Shown: positions 17,729 to 28,081 of the stretch, piece after piece
Numbering within the stretch: the first letter of the stretch is position 1
Layout of the letters: every line of letters starts with the position of its first letter
Assembly: GCA_965112635.1 (NCBI GenBank)
Contig: OZ218778.1
Location: forward strand, 1,280,001-1,344,000
DNA: 64,000 nucleotides
From: an uncultured bacterium
GTDB lineage: Bacteria > Oederibacteriota > Oederibacteriia > Oederibacteriales > Oederibacteriaceae
Direction of reading: 5' to 3'
Position numbers and translations under genes: made by a program
Notes under the pieces: generated by a model
Seen by the model: the letters and a program-made list of their open reading frames with translations, nothing else
What the model was told of the DNA's origin: nothing
Databases searched by the model: none

Positions 17729-18643
17729 TTGCCTTTATTATTACTGTTATTTTTCATTCTTTCCGGTGCCTTGTCCCTTGATGCCGATGTCTCAGTGCTC
17801 GCTCCCGCGAGTTTAGCTATGCCTTTGGAAAATAGCTTGAACTCGGCCCGGGGTGCCGCAATGGGTTCAGCCTTTGTGGCTATCGCGAATGATTCGGCGG
17901 CGTTGTTTTGGAACCCCGCGGGACTGGGGATGGTCGATTCCATGGAGCTGGGATTCCACCACAATAGCTGGTTAACCGGTATTCTCCAGGAGACCGCGAT
18001 CTTCAATATTCCCGCTGAGGAGTTTGGAGGATTCGGGCTGGCCCTCAGTTATGTGAACTATGGAAGTTTCGAGGGCCGTGATGATAACGGCCTCTTGAGC
18101 GATTCTTACAGCGCCAATATGGTTTTTTTGGACCTGGGATGGGGCAATGAACTGATGCCCGGTTTATACGGAGGGGCTGCTGTCAAAGGTACCAATCAAA
18201 ATCTGGCGAACATCCAATACGGCGATGTTTCGGCGGATGTGGGGGTGATCTGGAAGGGTATTAAAAGGCTTTCCCTCGGAGCCACCGTCAGCAATCTAAG
18301 TCCCGGGGTGAACGGTTATGCCAAATCCGCCAGCGTGGATCTGGGGGCGGCTTACAATTTATTCCTGGGCAAGAAGAACCCTCCCTTGTTATTGGCTCTC
18401 AGTACCCAACTGGTACCAGGAGGGGTGAACAAGATGCATGGGGGCGTAGAGTATGTGGTCATGCGTATAATGGCCCTAAGAGGCGGTTTCCAAAATAGCC
18501 TAACAGATAATCAGATCGAAGGGATCAGCGGTCTTACTTTTGGGTTTGGGATCATTTACAAAAACTTTAACATTGATTACGCCTATCAAACTTTCGGTTA
18601 TCTGGGCAATCCTCAGATGGTCAGCGTGAGCTGCAGCTTTTAG
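17729..18643 (+). CDS. PorV/PorQ (UPF0164)-like outer-membrane beta-barrel
   Basis: ARGAAMGSAFVAIANDSAALFWNPAGLG motif, amphipathic beta-strands, IDYAY, terminal Phe. Confidence 0.8.
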   Translation: MPLLLLLFFILSGALSLDADVSVLAPASLAMPLENSLNSARGAAMGSAFVAIANDSAALFWNPAGLGMVDSMELGFHHNSWLTGILQETAIFNIPAEEFGGFGLALSYVNYGSFEGRDDNGLLSDSYSANMVFLDLGWGNELMPGLYGGAAVKGTNQNLANIQYGDVSADVGVIWKGIKRLSLGATVSNLSPGVNGYAKSASVDLGAAYNLFLGKKNPPLLLALSTQLVPGGVNKMHGGVEYVVMRIMALRGGFQNSLTDNQIEGISGLTFGFGIIYKNFNIDYAYQTFGYLGNPQMVSVSCSF

Positions 18644-18649
18644 TGTTTA

Positions 18650-19255
18650 TTAGGTTCTGGCAATGATCTTGATGTCTGGGGCTTCGTAAGGAATGCCAAC
18701 CAGGATGGAACGCGTCCAGCGGACCAGGCGGCGCAGGGGCCCGCGGGCCCAACTTTCTTTGTCCTCGCCGCTTTCCACGATCTCAAAACCCAGTTCGACA
18801 AGCTTTTCTTCTAAAATCTCTCTGGGATACGGCCGGACATGGTCAAAACCTTTCCAGAAATTCTCCGTCATCACATTGATGTTCCGCACATTAGGGGTGA
18901 TGAGGACGAGCAGCCCGCCTTTTTTCAGGTTACGGCGGCATTGAACCAGAATGTCCACCGCGATTTCAGAAGGGAAATGTTCTATCAAATGACGGCAGAA
19001 GATGCCGTCATATTTTTTCTTGGATCTTTTTAGAAAAAGATAAGCGTTGCCCTGGACGATCCTATGGCCCCGCCCGCGGCATTTGCGGACCACTTCAGGG
19101 TCAAGGTCCACCCCAAAACAGTCAAGGCCATTGGCCCGGCAAAGGTCCAGAAAATCACCCCTGCCACAGCCCAGTTCCAAAATAGCCTGGCCAGACTTAA
19201 ACAGGCTGATGTATTTCCTCTGGACCGCCACATTTTGGACCGCTATGTCAAACAA
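18650..19255 (-). CDS. Class I SAM-dependent methyltransferase (glycan-associated)
   Basis: ILELGCGRG, YDGIFCRHLIEH, LKKGGLLVLITPN and DHVRPY; TTG start after AAAGGA; the only supported minus-strand gene. Confidence 0.85.
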   Translation of the reverse strand: MFDIAVQNVAVQRKYISLFKSGQAILELGCGRGDFLDLCRANGLDCFGVDLDPEVVRKCRGRGHRIVQGNAYLFLKRSKKKYDGIFCRHLIEHFPSEIAVDILVQCRRNLKKGGLLVLITPNVRNINVMTENFWKGFDHVRPYPREILEEKLVELGFEIVESGEDKESWARGPLRRLVRWTRSILVGIPYEAPDIKIIART

Positions 19256-19426
19256 AGGATATCCTTTCCTAAAGCAGAAAATCCGAAACTTGAATATAAC
19301 AGCCGAAGTGGTAATTAACTATGATAATTGTAGTATTATATCATTTAGTCCCAAGGAACTTCACGCAAAACCCCGCGTGGAGTCCAACAACGACAAAAGT
19401 TCCAAAACATTTTTTAAAGAGGCCCA

Positions 19427-20881
19427 ATGGTCAGTATCACAGCAAAGGTATTCAGGAACACCCTGGTCATTTTTCTAGGCCAGGTAGGTTATATGTTCCT
19501 GGGTTTTATCTGGTCCATCAAGCTGGGCCGGTATCTGGGGCCCCATGATTTCGGGCTCTACAACTCCCTTTATAGCTATATAGCCTTCTTTGAACTCCTG
19601 ACCAACAGCGGCATAGATACGGTCACGGTCAGACAGATCTCCGCGGAACCCGAGACCAAGGACCAGTGGGTTGGCCACGCGTTCCTGCTCAAGTTGATCT
19701 TGGGCGCCGTTGCCTGGTTGTTGTGCCTCTCCTGCATCGGCCTGATTCCGACAGACAAGATCCCCATCCAGCCATACCTGATGGTCGCCAGTTTCACGAT
19801 CTTTTTGTCCTGCTTTTCGTTTTTTACTTCGGTTTTCCAGGCCCAGCTTAAAATGCTGGTGCCGGTCCTGGCCAAATTGGCCGGAGCCACCCTTTTTATC
19901 GTTGCGGCTTTTTACCTGGCGGCCCGCCAGCATCCTTTGCAGGCTTTTGTGGCGGCCAAACTCCTCGTCCTAGGGTTGGGACCCTTGCTCATCGGCCTCG
20001 CCGGCCTCTCTATGTTGGACCATTATGGGCCGATCAAAGCCGTTTACCTCAAAAGGATCCTGGTTGAGTCATTCCCCTTTTTTGTTTCCAGTATTTTCAT
20101 TCTCATCTATTATCGAATCGGGGTGTTAATGATCGGGTGGTTCAAAAGCCAGGAGCAGGTGGGGTTTTATTCAGCGGCTTTCCAGCTGACCGCCTCGTTG
20201 GCTGTCATCCCCAGCGCTTTGATGACCTCTCTTTACCCGGTATTTTCCAAGGAAGCCGGGGAAGTGACGGACCGCCTCAGAAAAGCGTTCCGGTACAGCT
20301 TGAAGTACTTGTTCCTGCTCATCCTGCCTATTGCCGTTGGCACCACCCTGCTGGCCACTGAGATCATCCAGTTCTTTTTCAAGCAGGCCTATCTTCCTGC
20401 GGGTCAGGCTCTGGCCATCCTTGTCTGGGCCCAGGTGTTCAACTTTATCGGTTATGTCCTGGGCTATCTGCTGTGGGCTTTAAAAAAACAAAATATCAAT
20501 GCCTGGACCAACGTGGGCATGGTCGTGATCAATATCGGACTCAACCTGGTTTTGATACCTGGTCTGGGATTCAACGGAGCCAGCTTGGCCACGGTGGCCA
20601 CAGAAGCATTCAGCGTCGCGGTATGGTCCTGCTTTATCTTTAAGATATTCAAAGGTTTTCCCCAGGGTTGGCTGGTCAAGCCCCTGTTCGCCGCGGGAGT
20701 GATGGCCGGGGCGCTTTGGGGCCTGAACCAATCGCCGTGGATGGGGATGTGGCCGGCCTACGCCAGCCTGGGTTTCCGGGTGATCGCGGGGGCCGCGGTC
20801 TATCTAGTCGCTCTCCTGCTGCTCAAGGTTTTGGGCGATGAAGATTGGATCCTCTTTAAAAGCGCATTGTGGAAAAGGTAG
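19427..20881 (+). CDS. Wzx-type oligosaccharide flippase (MOP family)
   Basis: ~12-14 TM segments; RYLGPHDFGLY, VGFYSAAFQL and LNLVLIPGLGFNGASLATV. Confidence 0.9.
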   Translation: MVSITAKVFRNTLVIFLGQVGYMFLGFIWSIKLGRYLGPHDFGLYNSLYSYIAFFELLTNSGIDTVTVRQISAEPETKDQWVGHAFLLKLILGAVAWLLCLSCIGLIPTDKIPIQPYLMVASFTIFLSCFSFFTSVFQAQLKMLVPVLAKLAGATLFIVAAFYLAARQHPLQAFVAAKLLVLGLGPLLIGLAGLSMLDHYGPIKAVYLKRILVESFPFFVSSIFILIYYRIGVLMIGWFKSQEQVGFYSAAFQLTASLAVIPSALMTSLYPVFSKEAGEVTDRLRKAFRYSLKYLFLLILPIAVGTTLLATEIIQFFFKQAYLPAGQALAILVWAQVFNFIGYVLGYLLWALKKQNINAWTNVGMVVINIGLNLVLIPGLGFNGASLATVATEAFSVAVWSCFIFKIFKGFPQGWLVKPLFAAGVMAGALWGLNQSPWMGMWPAYASLGFRVIAGAAVYLVALLLLKVLGDEDWILFKSALWKR

Positions 20882-20891
20882 GGAGTAAACT

Positions 20892-23312
20892 TTGAAACAA
20901 AATGTCCTGGTTTTTCTTTTGCTGGTTTTATTGGCGGCCTGTTTTTTTTACGGAGTCGTGTTTAAGCAAGAGACTTTTTTCCTGGGCGACATTTACACCA
21001 TCCATATGCCGGAGAAGGTTTTTTTTTCCGAGAGGATCAGGGCCGGAGCCATGCCTCTATGGTGCCCTTATGGGCTTCTGGGATATCCCTTTCACGCGGA
21101 AGGACAGAGCCTCAGTTTTTATCCCCCGAACTTGTTCTTTGCTTTTTTCCCGGCAGCCCAGACCCTGGCCTGGCAGGTCGTCTTGCATGTTTTGCTGGCC
21201 GCCTTGTGTTTTTATTTTCTTGCCGCGGATTACGGGTTAGGCCCCGCGCCTGGAATTTTAGCCGGTATCACCTACGCGTTCTCCGGATTTATGGTGGCCC
21301 ATACCGAGAATTTCAATATGCTCACCGCTTGCGCCTGGCTGCCCCTTTTGTTCCTGTGGGCAAAGAAAATGCTGGAAAGACCCCGCTTTATTTTCGCCCT
21401 ACCGTTCTGCCTGACAGCTTGTTTGATGGTCCTGGGAGGCAATCCGCATGTAGTTTTCCTGGGATTTTTGCTGACCTTGAGTTACGGGGTCTTTTTGTCC
21501 ATCCGGTGTAAAGGCAGACGCCTAGCCTGTTTGGCCGTTCTCTTTGGGTGTTTTATCCTGGTTTTGCTGCTCACCGCGGTCCAGCTGCTGCCCACCTTGG
21601 AGTTGATCGGGCAGTCCCTCAGGAACAATCGCGGAGCCTGGGCCCAAGAGGGCGACCTGCATCCCTTATTGCTGGCCCAGTTCCTTTTCCCTTACCTTCT
21701 GGGGGACCCGGCCAACAACACTTACTGGGGAGCAAACCTTGGGGTATGGAACTTTCCCAACTATGCGGTTTATCTCGGCCTCCTGCCCCTTTGTCTCATC
21801 CTCCTTTTTTTCGGCAAGCAAAAGAGAAAAGATTTTGGTTTCTTTGGCTGGGCCTTTGTCCTCAGCCTGGTCCTGTCCCTGGGAAAATATTTTCCACCCA
21901 ACGAATGGATCAATAGTCTGCCTGGTTTTGCCTGGTTCAGGGATCCCGTGCGATTCCTTTTTATAGCAGGATTTTGCGGGAGCCTGCTGGCGGCCGGGGG
22001 CTTGGACCGCTTGGCTCAAAAGGATATCACTCAGTGGAAAAATAGACTCAGGTGGTTCCTGGGGATCGGGACCGCGGTCTGGGTCCTGGGAGCCGCGGCG
22101 CTGCTTGCAGGCTGGACGCTTCGTTCCAAGGCCATGGAGGCGGGTCTGGCCTTCATGCAACAGAGGGTATTTGAAAAGGGAAGTCATTTTTATCCATGGG
22201 ATTATTACGTCAGCAAGCTGACCCGTTCTCTGGCTTTCCTCGAAGTCCACTTCAGCCTCCAATGGATCATCCTGGCCGCCTGCTTGGTCCTGCTCTTCCT
22301 GAGGAAGCGCCGAGCCCTATCCGGGAGTTCTTTCCAGACCGCCTGCGTGATCCTGACGGTGCTGGACCTGTTCCATTTTGGGATGAGTTATAACGCCACG
22401 ATCTCCAAAAGGTTCTACAGCACTCCGCCTCAAACGGTGCTGGCGTTCCAGGCAGGGCTGGGACCCTACCGGTATTTTCCCTGGAGGATCTTTGACGCGG
22501 AGCGAAAGATCTTTCCAGAAGGACGACAGTGGCTGGGGGACCTGAGCGCCTATTATGAATACCGGGAAATGATCCCAACCAACGCCAACTTTTTTTATAA
22601 ATATTCCACTCTCATGGGCAGCGACGCCCTGGATGTCCAAAGGCATTGGACCTGGGTGGACAAATTGTACCAGGCGCAGGCCGGCCCAGTTTCGCTGCCG
22701 CTGGAATATTTCCTGGAAAAGGAACCTGTTCTGTCGCTTTCCGGCGTAAGATATATTTTGACAACCGAGGAGAATAAAGCTTCCTTTCTCCAAGAGGATT
22801 ATCAGTTGGGAAAGGTGAGGATCTACGAGAACAAGCTAGCTGTCCCGCGGGCCTACCTGGCAGACAAGGTGGGTTATGCCTCCTCAGGGGAGGAAGCCTT
22901 GGCCATGACCCTGCGACAACGGCCCCAAGACTTTCCGGCTATCCTGGAATGCCCTCCGATCGACACTATTACCAACATCCGGCCGAAGAAAAAGGGAGAG
23001 GTTGTTTGGTTCAAAAACAACCCCGAAGATATCATCCTTGAAGTGCATACACAGCAGGCTAAGGTGCTGGTTTTGACCGATGTTAATTATCCGGGTTGGA
23101 ACGCTAAATTAGACGGCAAAACAACGGATATCCTAACCGCCAACTATTTATTCAGGGGCTTGGCCGTTCCAGCCGGGACCCATGTTGTGGAATTCAGTTT
23201 CGAGCCCGAGTCTTTTTATCGAGGGGTCCTCATCAGTTTATCGGTTTTGGGCGTCGTGCTGTTAGGTGCTCTCGTGGTCTTTATCCGGAGGAGCGGGCAT
23301 GGAGTTTGCTGA
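20892..23312 (+). CDS. YfhO-family GT-C membrane glycosyltransferase (paralog 3)
   Basis: GDIYTIHMP, PLWCPYGLLGYPFHA..FYP, FRDPVRF; C-terminal NYPGWNAKLDG..ANYLFRGLAVPAGTH..FEP. Confidence 0.85.
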   Translation: MKQNVLVFLLLVLLAACFFYGVVFKQETFFLGDIYTIHMPEKVFFSERIRAGAMPLWCPYGLLGYPFHAEGQSLSFYPPNLFFAFFPAAQTLAWQVVLHVLLAALCFYFLAADYGLGPAPGILAGITYAFSGFMVAHTENFNMLTACAWLPLLFLWAKKMLERPRFIFALPFCLTACLMVLGGNPHVVFLGFLLTLSYGVFLSIRCKGRRLACLAVLFGCFILVLLLTAVQLLPTLELIGQSLRNNRGAWAQEGDLHPLLLAQFLFPYLLGDPANNTYWGANLGVWNFPNYAVYLGLLPLCLILLFFGKQKRKDFGFFGWAFVLSLVLSLGKYFPPNEWINSLPGFAWFRDPVRFLFIAGFCGSLLAAGGLDRLAQKDITQWKNRLRWFLGIGTAVWVLGAAALLAGWTLRSKAMEAGLAFMQQRVFEKGSHFYPWDYYVSKLTRSLAFLEVHFSLQWIILAACLVLLFLRKRRALSGSSFQTACVILTVLDLFHFGMSYNATISKRFYSTPPQTVLAFQAGLGPYRYFPWRIFDAERKIFPEGRQWLGDLSAYYEYREMIPTNANFFYKYSTLMGSDALDVQRHWTWVDKLYQAQAGPVSLPLEYFLEKEPVLSLSGVRYILTTEENKASFLQEDYQLGKVRIYENKLAVPRAYLADKVGYASSGEEALAMTLRQRPQDFPAILECPPIDTITNIRPKKKGEVVWFKNNPEDIILEVHTQQAKVLVLTDVNYPGWNAKLDGKTTDILTANYLFRGLAVPAGTHVVEFSFEPESFYRGVLISLSVLGVVLLGALVVFIRRSGHGVC

Positions 23313-24381
23313 CATGATCAAAAGGAACCCTCAAAAAATCCTTGTCCTTAAAGACGATTCTCTGGGTGATTTCTTGATGGCAGTGCCGTTTTTCAAGAAA
23401 TTGAAAGAGCTCTACCCTAAAAGCCGCATCAGCGCCCTAGTAAGTTCGAGCGCCAGGGAAGTCGCGGAAGTATGCCCCTATATCCAGGAGGTGATCGTGG
23501 CCAACCCCACCTGGTACAAGAGGAATCCTGGGCATTTAGAAAACCTCAAGATGTGCTGGCAGCTGGCCAAAGTGCTTTCTCAAAAACAATTTGACCTGGT
23601 CATCGGTATGAGAAGACGGGACCGCATGGAATCTTTGTTGCTCTCCCTGATCAAAGCAAGGTTAAAAGTCGGTTACAGCGTGGGAATGACGGGATGGGGG
23701 ATCCAGGTCAAGCTGCCTAGAACGAGTCTGACGCAACACGAAGTGCTAAAAAATTTAGAGATCCTAAAAGTGTGGGGCAAGCAGGAGCAAAAACCTGTTT
23801 TGGAAATGTGGCTAAACCCTGAAGATGAACAATGGGCCAAAAGGTTCCTCGACGGTCTTGGCCGGGACAGGTCAAAGCCGCTGGCCACCCTCCATCCAGG
23901 AGCAGGCAAGCCGGTCAAGCAATGGGGAGCAGAAAATTTCGCCAACCTAACCAATAGTCTCGTCGAAAAAGGCTGCCAGGTACTGGTGGTTTTGAGCAGC
24001 GCTGAGATCAGTTTGTGGGAGGAGATCGCCCCCTTGCTCAAGCACGAGGTGTTCGCCTGTATCGGTCAGGCAACGGTAAGGCAGATGGCGGCTTTACTGA
24101 AGACCAGCGATGTCTTTGTGGGCAATGACAGCGGGCCCACGCATTTGGCCGTGGCCCTTAGAGTGCCGGCGGTCTGCCTTTTCAGCGGAGCCAATCTTTC
24201 GGACGAGTGGAGGCCGTGGAACACCGACAGTCCGCTTAAGCTTTTGGAAGGCAGGACAGAATGCCGGCTCTGTGGCAGGTGGGACTGCCCGCAAAAACCA
24301 GAGAACCTGTGCCTGAGGCAGATCACGGTCGCGGATGCCGTCAGCGCTGTGGAGGAGTTGCTACGAACAAAAAAGGCCTGA
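23299..24381 (+). CDS. GT9 (ADP-heptose:LPS heptosyltransferase-like) glycosyltransferase
   Basis: DSLGDFLM, HPGAGKPVKQW and GNDSGPTHLAVA; ATG 23299 after GGAGGA. Confidence 0.88.
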   Translation: MEFADMIKRNPQKILVLKDDSLGDFLMAVPFFKKLKELYPKSRISALVSSSAREVAEVCPYIQEVIVANPTWYKRNPGHLENLKMCWQLAKVLSQKQFDLVIGMRRRDRMESLLLSLIKARLKVGYSVGMTGWGIQVKLPRTSLTQHEVLKNLEILKVWGKQEQKPVLEMWLNPEDEQWAKRFLDGLGRDRSKPLATLHPGAGKPVKQWGAENFANLTNSLVEKGCQVLVVLSSAEISLWEEIAPLLKHEVFACIGQATVRQMAALLKTSDVFVGNDSGPTHLAVALRVPAVCLFSGANLSDEWRPWNTDSPLKLLEGRTECRLCGRWDCPQKPENLCLRQITVADAVSAVEELLRTKKA

Positions 24382-25130
24382 AACAACAGTGGGATAAAAC
24401 CCAGCGTCACTGGGACGACCGGGAGTTCCTAGCCAACCAGGCTTCCAGCCTGATGAAACTGCGTTGGAAGCTTATCGACGAAAGGGTCGCGGCCAGGGTC
24501 CGGGACCTCTTCCGGCAACAGGGAAAGGCTCTGCGGATTTTGGATGTGGGCTGCGGCAGGGGAGAGCTCTGGGGAAAGGTCAAGCCGTTCGCCAGGGATT
24601 ATGTCGGAATAGACGCTTCGGATAAGATGCTCCCGAGCTGGAAAAAAGCGGGTGATACCCGCCGATTCATAAGGGCCGAGGCTGAAAAACTTCCCAAGAC
24701 CCTGCGGGAATTTGATGTTGCGGTCTATAAAGAGAGCCTGGACCATTGCTACGACCCGGGTTTGGCCCTGAAAAACACCTGTTTTGCCCTGAAAAAAGGC
24801 GGGAAAATCATGGTGACCCTTAACAACCACTCTTCCTACTACAAGAGGATGTTCTCAGGCCATACCGGGAACCTGGAAAGGCGGCAAGCCGACCATTTCC
24901 ATTTTTTTGATATCCCTTCCCTGGGGCGTCATTTGGAACAGCAGGGTTACAGGGTGGTCTACTGGCAGACCTTTCATTACCTCAGGCTGCCTCTGGCAGT
25001 GGAAAACATCCTCGGTAAAATATTCCCTGAGGTCGTGAACAAGGGCTTGATCGCATTTTTTGATCTTTGCGGCAGGGCTGTGATGCCGCGTTCCGGAGGG
25101 GCTTTGATCGTGGAGGGAGAAAAAAAGTGA
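24378..25130 (+). CDS. Class I SAM-dependent methyltransferase; start uncertain (CTG 24378 or ATG 24453)
   Basis: ILDVGCGRG, VGIDAS, FDVAVYKESLDH and LKKGG motifs. Confidence 0.78.
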   Translation: MKQQWDKTQRHWDDREFLANQASSLMKLRWKLIDERVAARVRDLFRQQGKALRILDVGCGRGELWGKVKPFARDYVGIDASDKMLPSWKKAGDTRRFIRAEAEKLPKTLREFDVAVYKESLDHCYDPGLALKNTCFALKKGGKIMVTLNNHSSYYKRMFSGHTGNLERRQADHFHFFDIPSLGRHLEQQGYRVVYWQTFHYLRLPLAVENILGKIFPEVVNKGLIAFFDLCGRAVMPRSGGALIVEGEKK

Positions 25131-26272
25131 AGATCGCGCTGGATGGACGCCTGATCTACAAAAGGGGCATCGGCCGTTATTTGGAAGGGCTGGTCGCCGG
25201 CCTCCAAAAGATAGACAAAAAAAATTCCTACACTCTTTTTCTGGACCAGAGGTCGCATTCCATAGGACCTTTGGCAGCCAACTGGGACGCCAAAGTTGTC
25301 CGCGCCTTTAACCCGGCCTGGTGGGAGCGGGTAGCTTTTCCCCAGGCTGTCCAAAAGGGCGGCTTTGACCTGGCGCACTATACGGACAACACCGGTTTCT
25401 GGAATTTGAGCTGTCCGTATCTTGTCACTATCCATGACACGCTTTTTTTCCGGCCCAGCCGGGATACCTTTCCCAAAGCCACCCTGTATCAAAGGATGGC
25501 CTTGGCTTACAGGCGAAAAGTCGTTCCCCGGGTCGCCCGAAAGGCAGGCCGGATACTGACCGTTTCAGAATTTTCCAGCTCGCAGATACAGGCTTGCCTC
25601 AAAGTACCCAAAGAAAAGATCGTGGTCACTCCGGAGGCGGCGGGCAAGGACTTTTTCGCCCGGAAGTCCCAGGCTGCGGTCAAAACAACCAGGGAGCATT
25701 ACGGAATCCATTCAAAGTATATTCTGAACTACGGCGCCCTGGACCTTAGGAAAAATACCGGCCTGATGCTGGAGGCTTTTGCTTTGATGTCCAAAAGCTT
25801 GGGGCATAGCCTTGACCTCGTCATCCTGGGAATGCCGGCCAGGGAACTATGGCAGGGAGGGTTCGGCCAGAAAGCAAAGAGATTGGGCATTGAGGCGAGG
25901 GTGCATTTCCTGTCCGAGGTCAGCCAGGAAGACCTGGTGGCCTTATATCAAGGCAGCGACCTTTTTGTATTTCCCAGCAAGGGAGAGGGTTTTGGCCTGG
26001 CGCTGCTGGAGGCATTCGCCTCAGGCGTACCGGTCCTTACTTCGGACGCAGCCAGTCTGCCTGAGGTTGCGGGCGGTGCCGCCCTTTTGTTGCCGCCTTT
26101 TTATCCGGACCAATGGGCGTCGGCGATGGTCAGGGTTTTGCAGAGCCCATCCCTCAGGAATAGTATGATAAAAAAAGGGTTTTCGCGGGCCAGGCAGTTC
26201 AGCTGGGAAACTACAGCCCGGCTGACTTTGAGCGCCTATGAAAAACTCCATAAGGAGGCGGGTATTGATTAA
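25127..26272 (+). CDS. GT4 glycosyltransferase (MtfB/WbpX-like)
   Basis: GIGRY, VTIHD, TVSEFS, RKN and FPSKGEGFGLALLEAFASGVPV; GTGA overlap with the upstream stop. Confidence 0.9.
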   Translation: MKIALDGRLIYKRGIGRYLEGLVAGLQKIDKKNSYTLFLDQRSHSIGPLAANWDAKVVRAFNPAWWERVAFPQAVQKGGFDLAHYTDNTGFWNLSCPYLVTIHDTLFFRPSRDTFPKATLYQRMALAYRRKVVPRVARKAGRILTVSEFSSSQIQACLKVPKEKIVVTPEAAGKDFFARKSQAAVKTTREHYGIHSKYILNYGALDLRKNTGLMLEAFALMSKSLGHSLDLVILGMPARELWQGGFGQKAKRLGIEARVHFLSEVSQEDLVALYQGSDLFVFPSKGEGFGLALLEAFASGVPVLTSDAASLPEVAGGAALLLPPFYPDQWASAMVRVLQSPSLRNSMIKKGFSRARQFSWETTARLTLSAYEKLHKEAGID

Positions 26273-28025
26273 CGCGATCCTATTGGTCATCTTGTCCGCG
26301 GCCCTGACCTCTTGGGGTTTGGGTAAAGCCGGACAGGAACAAAATATATTGAGCTGGTTCCTGGTCCTTATGTCCATTTACCTTGTGGTATGGGCTGGTT
26401 TGGCTGGAGCCGGGGCCAAGTGGGGCAAAACCACCTTTAGAGAAACAGGGAGACTGTTCTCCTACGGATTTCTGTCATCCATTCTTCTTTTTTTGATCCC
26501 CGTGGCGGTCCGGATGCCTCTGCCTATGCCGCACAACTTTGCCCTGCGCAAGATACAGCTGGTGTTCGGACTGGCTTACTTGGTCTTTGGGGTCATTCAA
26601 TTCGTTATTTTTTTACGTCTGGTGAACCGGAACGGACAGTGGCAAAAACTGGAGATGAAAAAGCTCAAAGTATTGCTCTGGAGCACGGCTTTTGTTTTCT
26701 ATTGTTTTGTGGGGCTGTGGATGAGCTATTGCAACCAACCCACCGGGGATGAGCCCCACTACCTGCTCATGGCCCACAGCCTTGTATACGACCACGACCT
26801 TGACCTGAAGAACAATTATGAGAACAAGGATTACCAAGAATTCTACCAGGGCGAAATCGAGCCGCAGGATGAAGGACAGGCCACGGGAACCCACTATTCC
26901 CACCATTCGCCCGGCCTGGCTTTTTTGCTGGCCCTCCCTTACCTGATGTACGGCGTGTGGGGGGCGCGAGTGTTGATGTTGGGCATCGCGGCTTTTTTCA
27001 GTTTGAACCTGTTTTTGCTTGTCTGGGAAGTTTATAAGAGGCGGCAGGAAGCGTTTTTGACCTGGCTGATTTGCCTGACATCCGCTCCACTGGTCCTTTA
27101 CAGTAACCACTTGGCCACGGAAATGACCAGCGGCTGTATTGTCACCTATTTGTTCCGCAAATGTCTGGATGAAAAAAAGAGTTTTTCCCCTATTCTTCTG
27201 GGTCTGGGTCTGGGAGCTTTGTGCTGGCTGCACGAGATGAACTACCTGATGTCCCTGCTTTTGTTTTCTGTTCTGGTCTGGAAAAAACCGGGGCGCCCTT
27301 ATTTGGCCTGGACCTTGTTGAGCTATACTGTCATGGTGGGCCTGATCTCGTGGCTCAACTACAGACATTTCGGCTCCATCCTTGCAGGACATAACCTGGA
27401 GAATTTTGTGATATCCGGCAATCCTTTATACGTGCCCGCGGCAGCCTCGCCATTCCTGGTAGCGTTAAAGAGCATGTTCCGGGCCGGAATGGGCCAGTTC
27501 CTTGACCAGGAATGCGGACTGTTTTTTTATGCCCCTGTTTTCATTTTTGTGGGTGCGGGTTGGTTTTACCTGAAAAAGTTCAATAAAGAACTGGCCTTTA
27601 CGCTGGCCTTGATGCTGTTGTCCTACCTCCTGGTCATCAGCTCTTTCGGGGGTTGGAGGGGAGGAGGGCCTGGGCCGCGCTACCTAGTTCCCTTACATCT
27701 GATCTTTACCTTGTGTTTGGCCGGGGTCCTGATTTGGCTGAAAAAGAGCAAGTTCTGGAAGTGGCTTTGGCTGCTGGTTGGAATAGGCTGGCTGGAGGCT
27801 TTTGTTTTTGCCTGGATACCCTGGATGCGTTTCAGCAGGGGCAATGGGATAAATTGGATATTTGTCATTTTAGAAAGGCCGCTGCATTTGCCTCTTCATC
27901 TCCTGTTCCCGAGTTTATGGGTGGGGGGAATGAGGTCTTATGTTTTATCCTTATTGTACGGTTTCTTGATCGTGTGGGGGACATGGAAGGTTTATAGGGA
28001 ACTAGGCGGCAAAGGCCGCGTCTAA
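26238..28025 (+). CDS. Polytopic membrane protein, putative GT-C glycosyltransferase (DEPHY motif)
   Basis: GDEPHYLLMAHSLVYDHDLD loop after the TM helices; DQECGLFFYAP and PRYLVP. Confidence 0.65.
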   Translation: MKNSIRRRVLINAILLVILSAALTSWGLGKAGQEQNILSWFLVLMSIYLVVWAGLAGAGAKWGKTTFRETGRLFSYGFLSSILLFLIPVAVRMPLPMPHNFALRKIQLVFGLAYLVFGVIQFVIFLRLVNRNGQWQKLEMKKLKVLLWSTAFVFYCFVGLWMSYCNQPTGDEPHYLLMAHSLVYDHDLDLKNNYENKDYQEFYQGEIEPQDEGQATGTHYSHHSPGLAFLLALPYLMYGVWGARVLMLGIAAFFSLNLFLLVWEVYKRRQEAFLTWLICLTSAPLVLYSNHLATEMTSGCIVTYLFRKCLDEKKSFSPILLGLGLGALCWLHEMNYLMSLLLFSVLVWKKPGRPYLAWTLLSYTVMVGLISWLNYRHFGSILAGHNLENFVISGNPLYVPAAASPFLVALKSMFRAGMGQFLDQECGLFFYAPVFIFVGAGWFYLKKFNKELAFTLALMLLSYLLVISSFGGWRGGGPGPRYLVPLHLIFTLCLAGVLIWLKKSKFWKWLWLLVGIGWLEAFVFAWIPWMRFSRGNGINWIFVILERPLHLPLHLLFPSLWVGGMRSYVLSLLYGFLIVWGTWKVYRELGGKGRV

Positions 28026-28081
28026 AAAACGCCAGGGATATTTTGGGATGACCTGGCAGGACAAAAAGTGAGAGGTGTATC

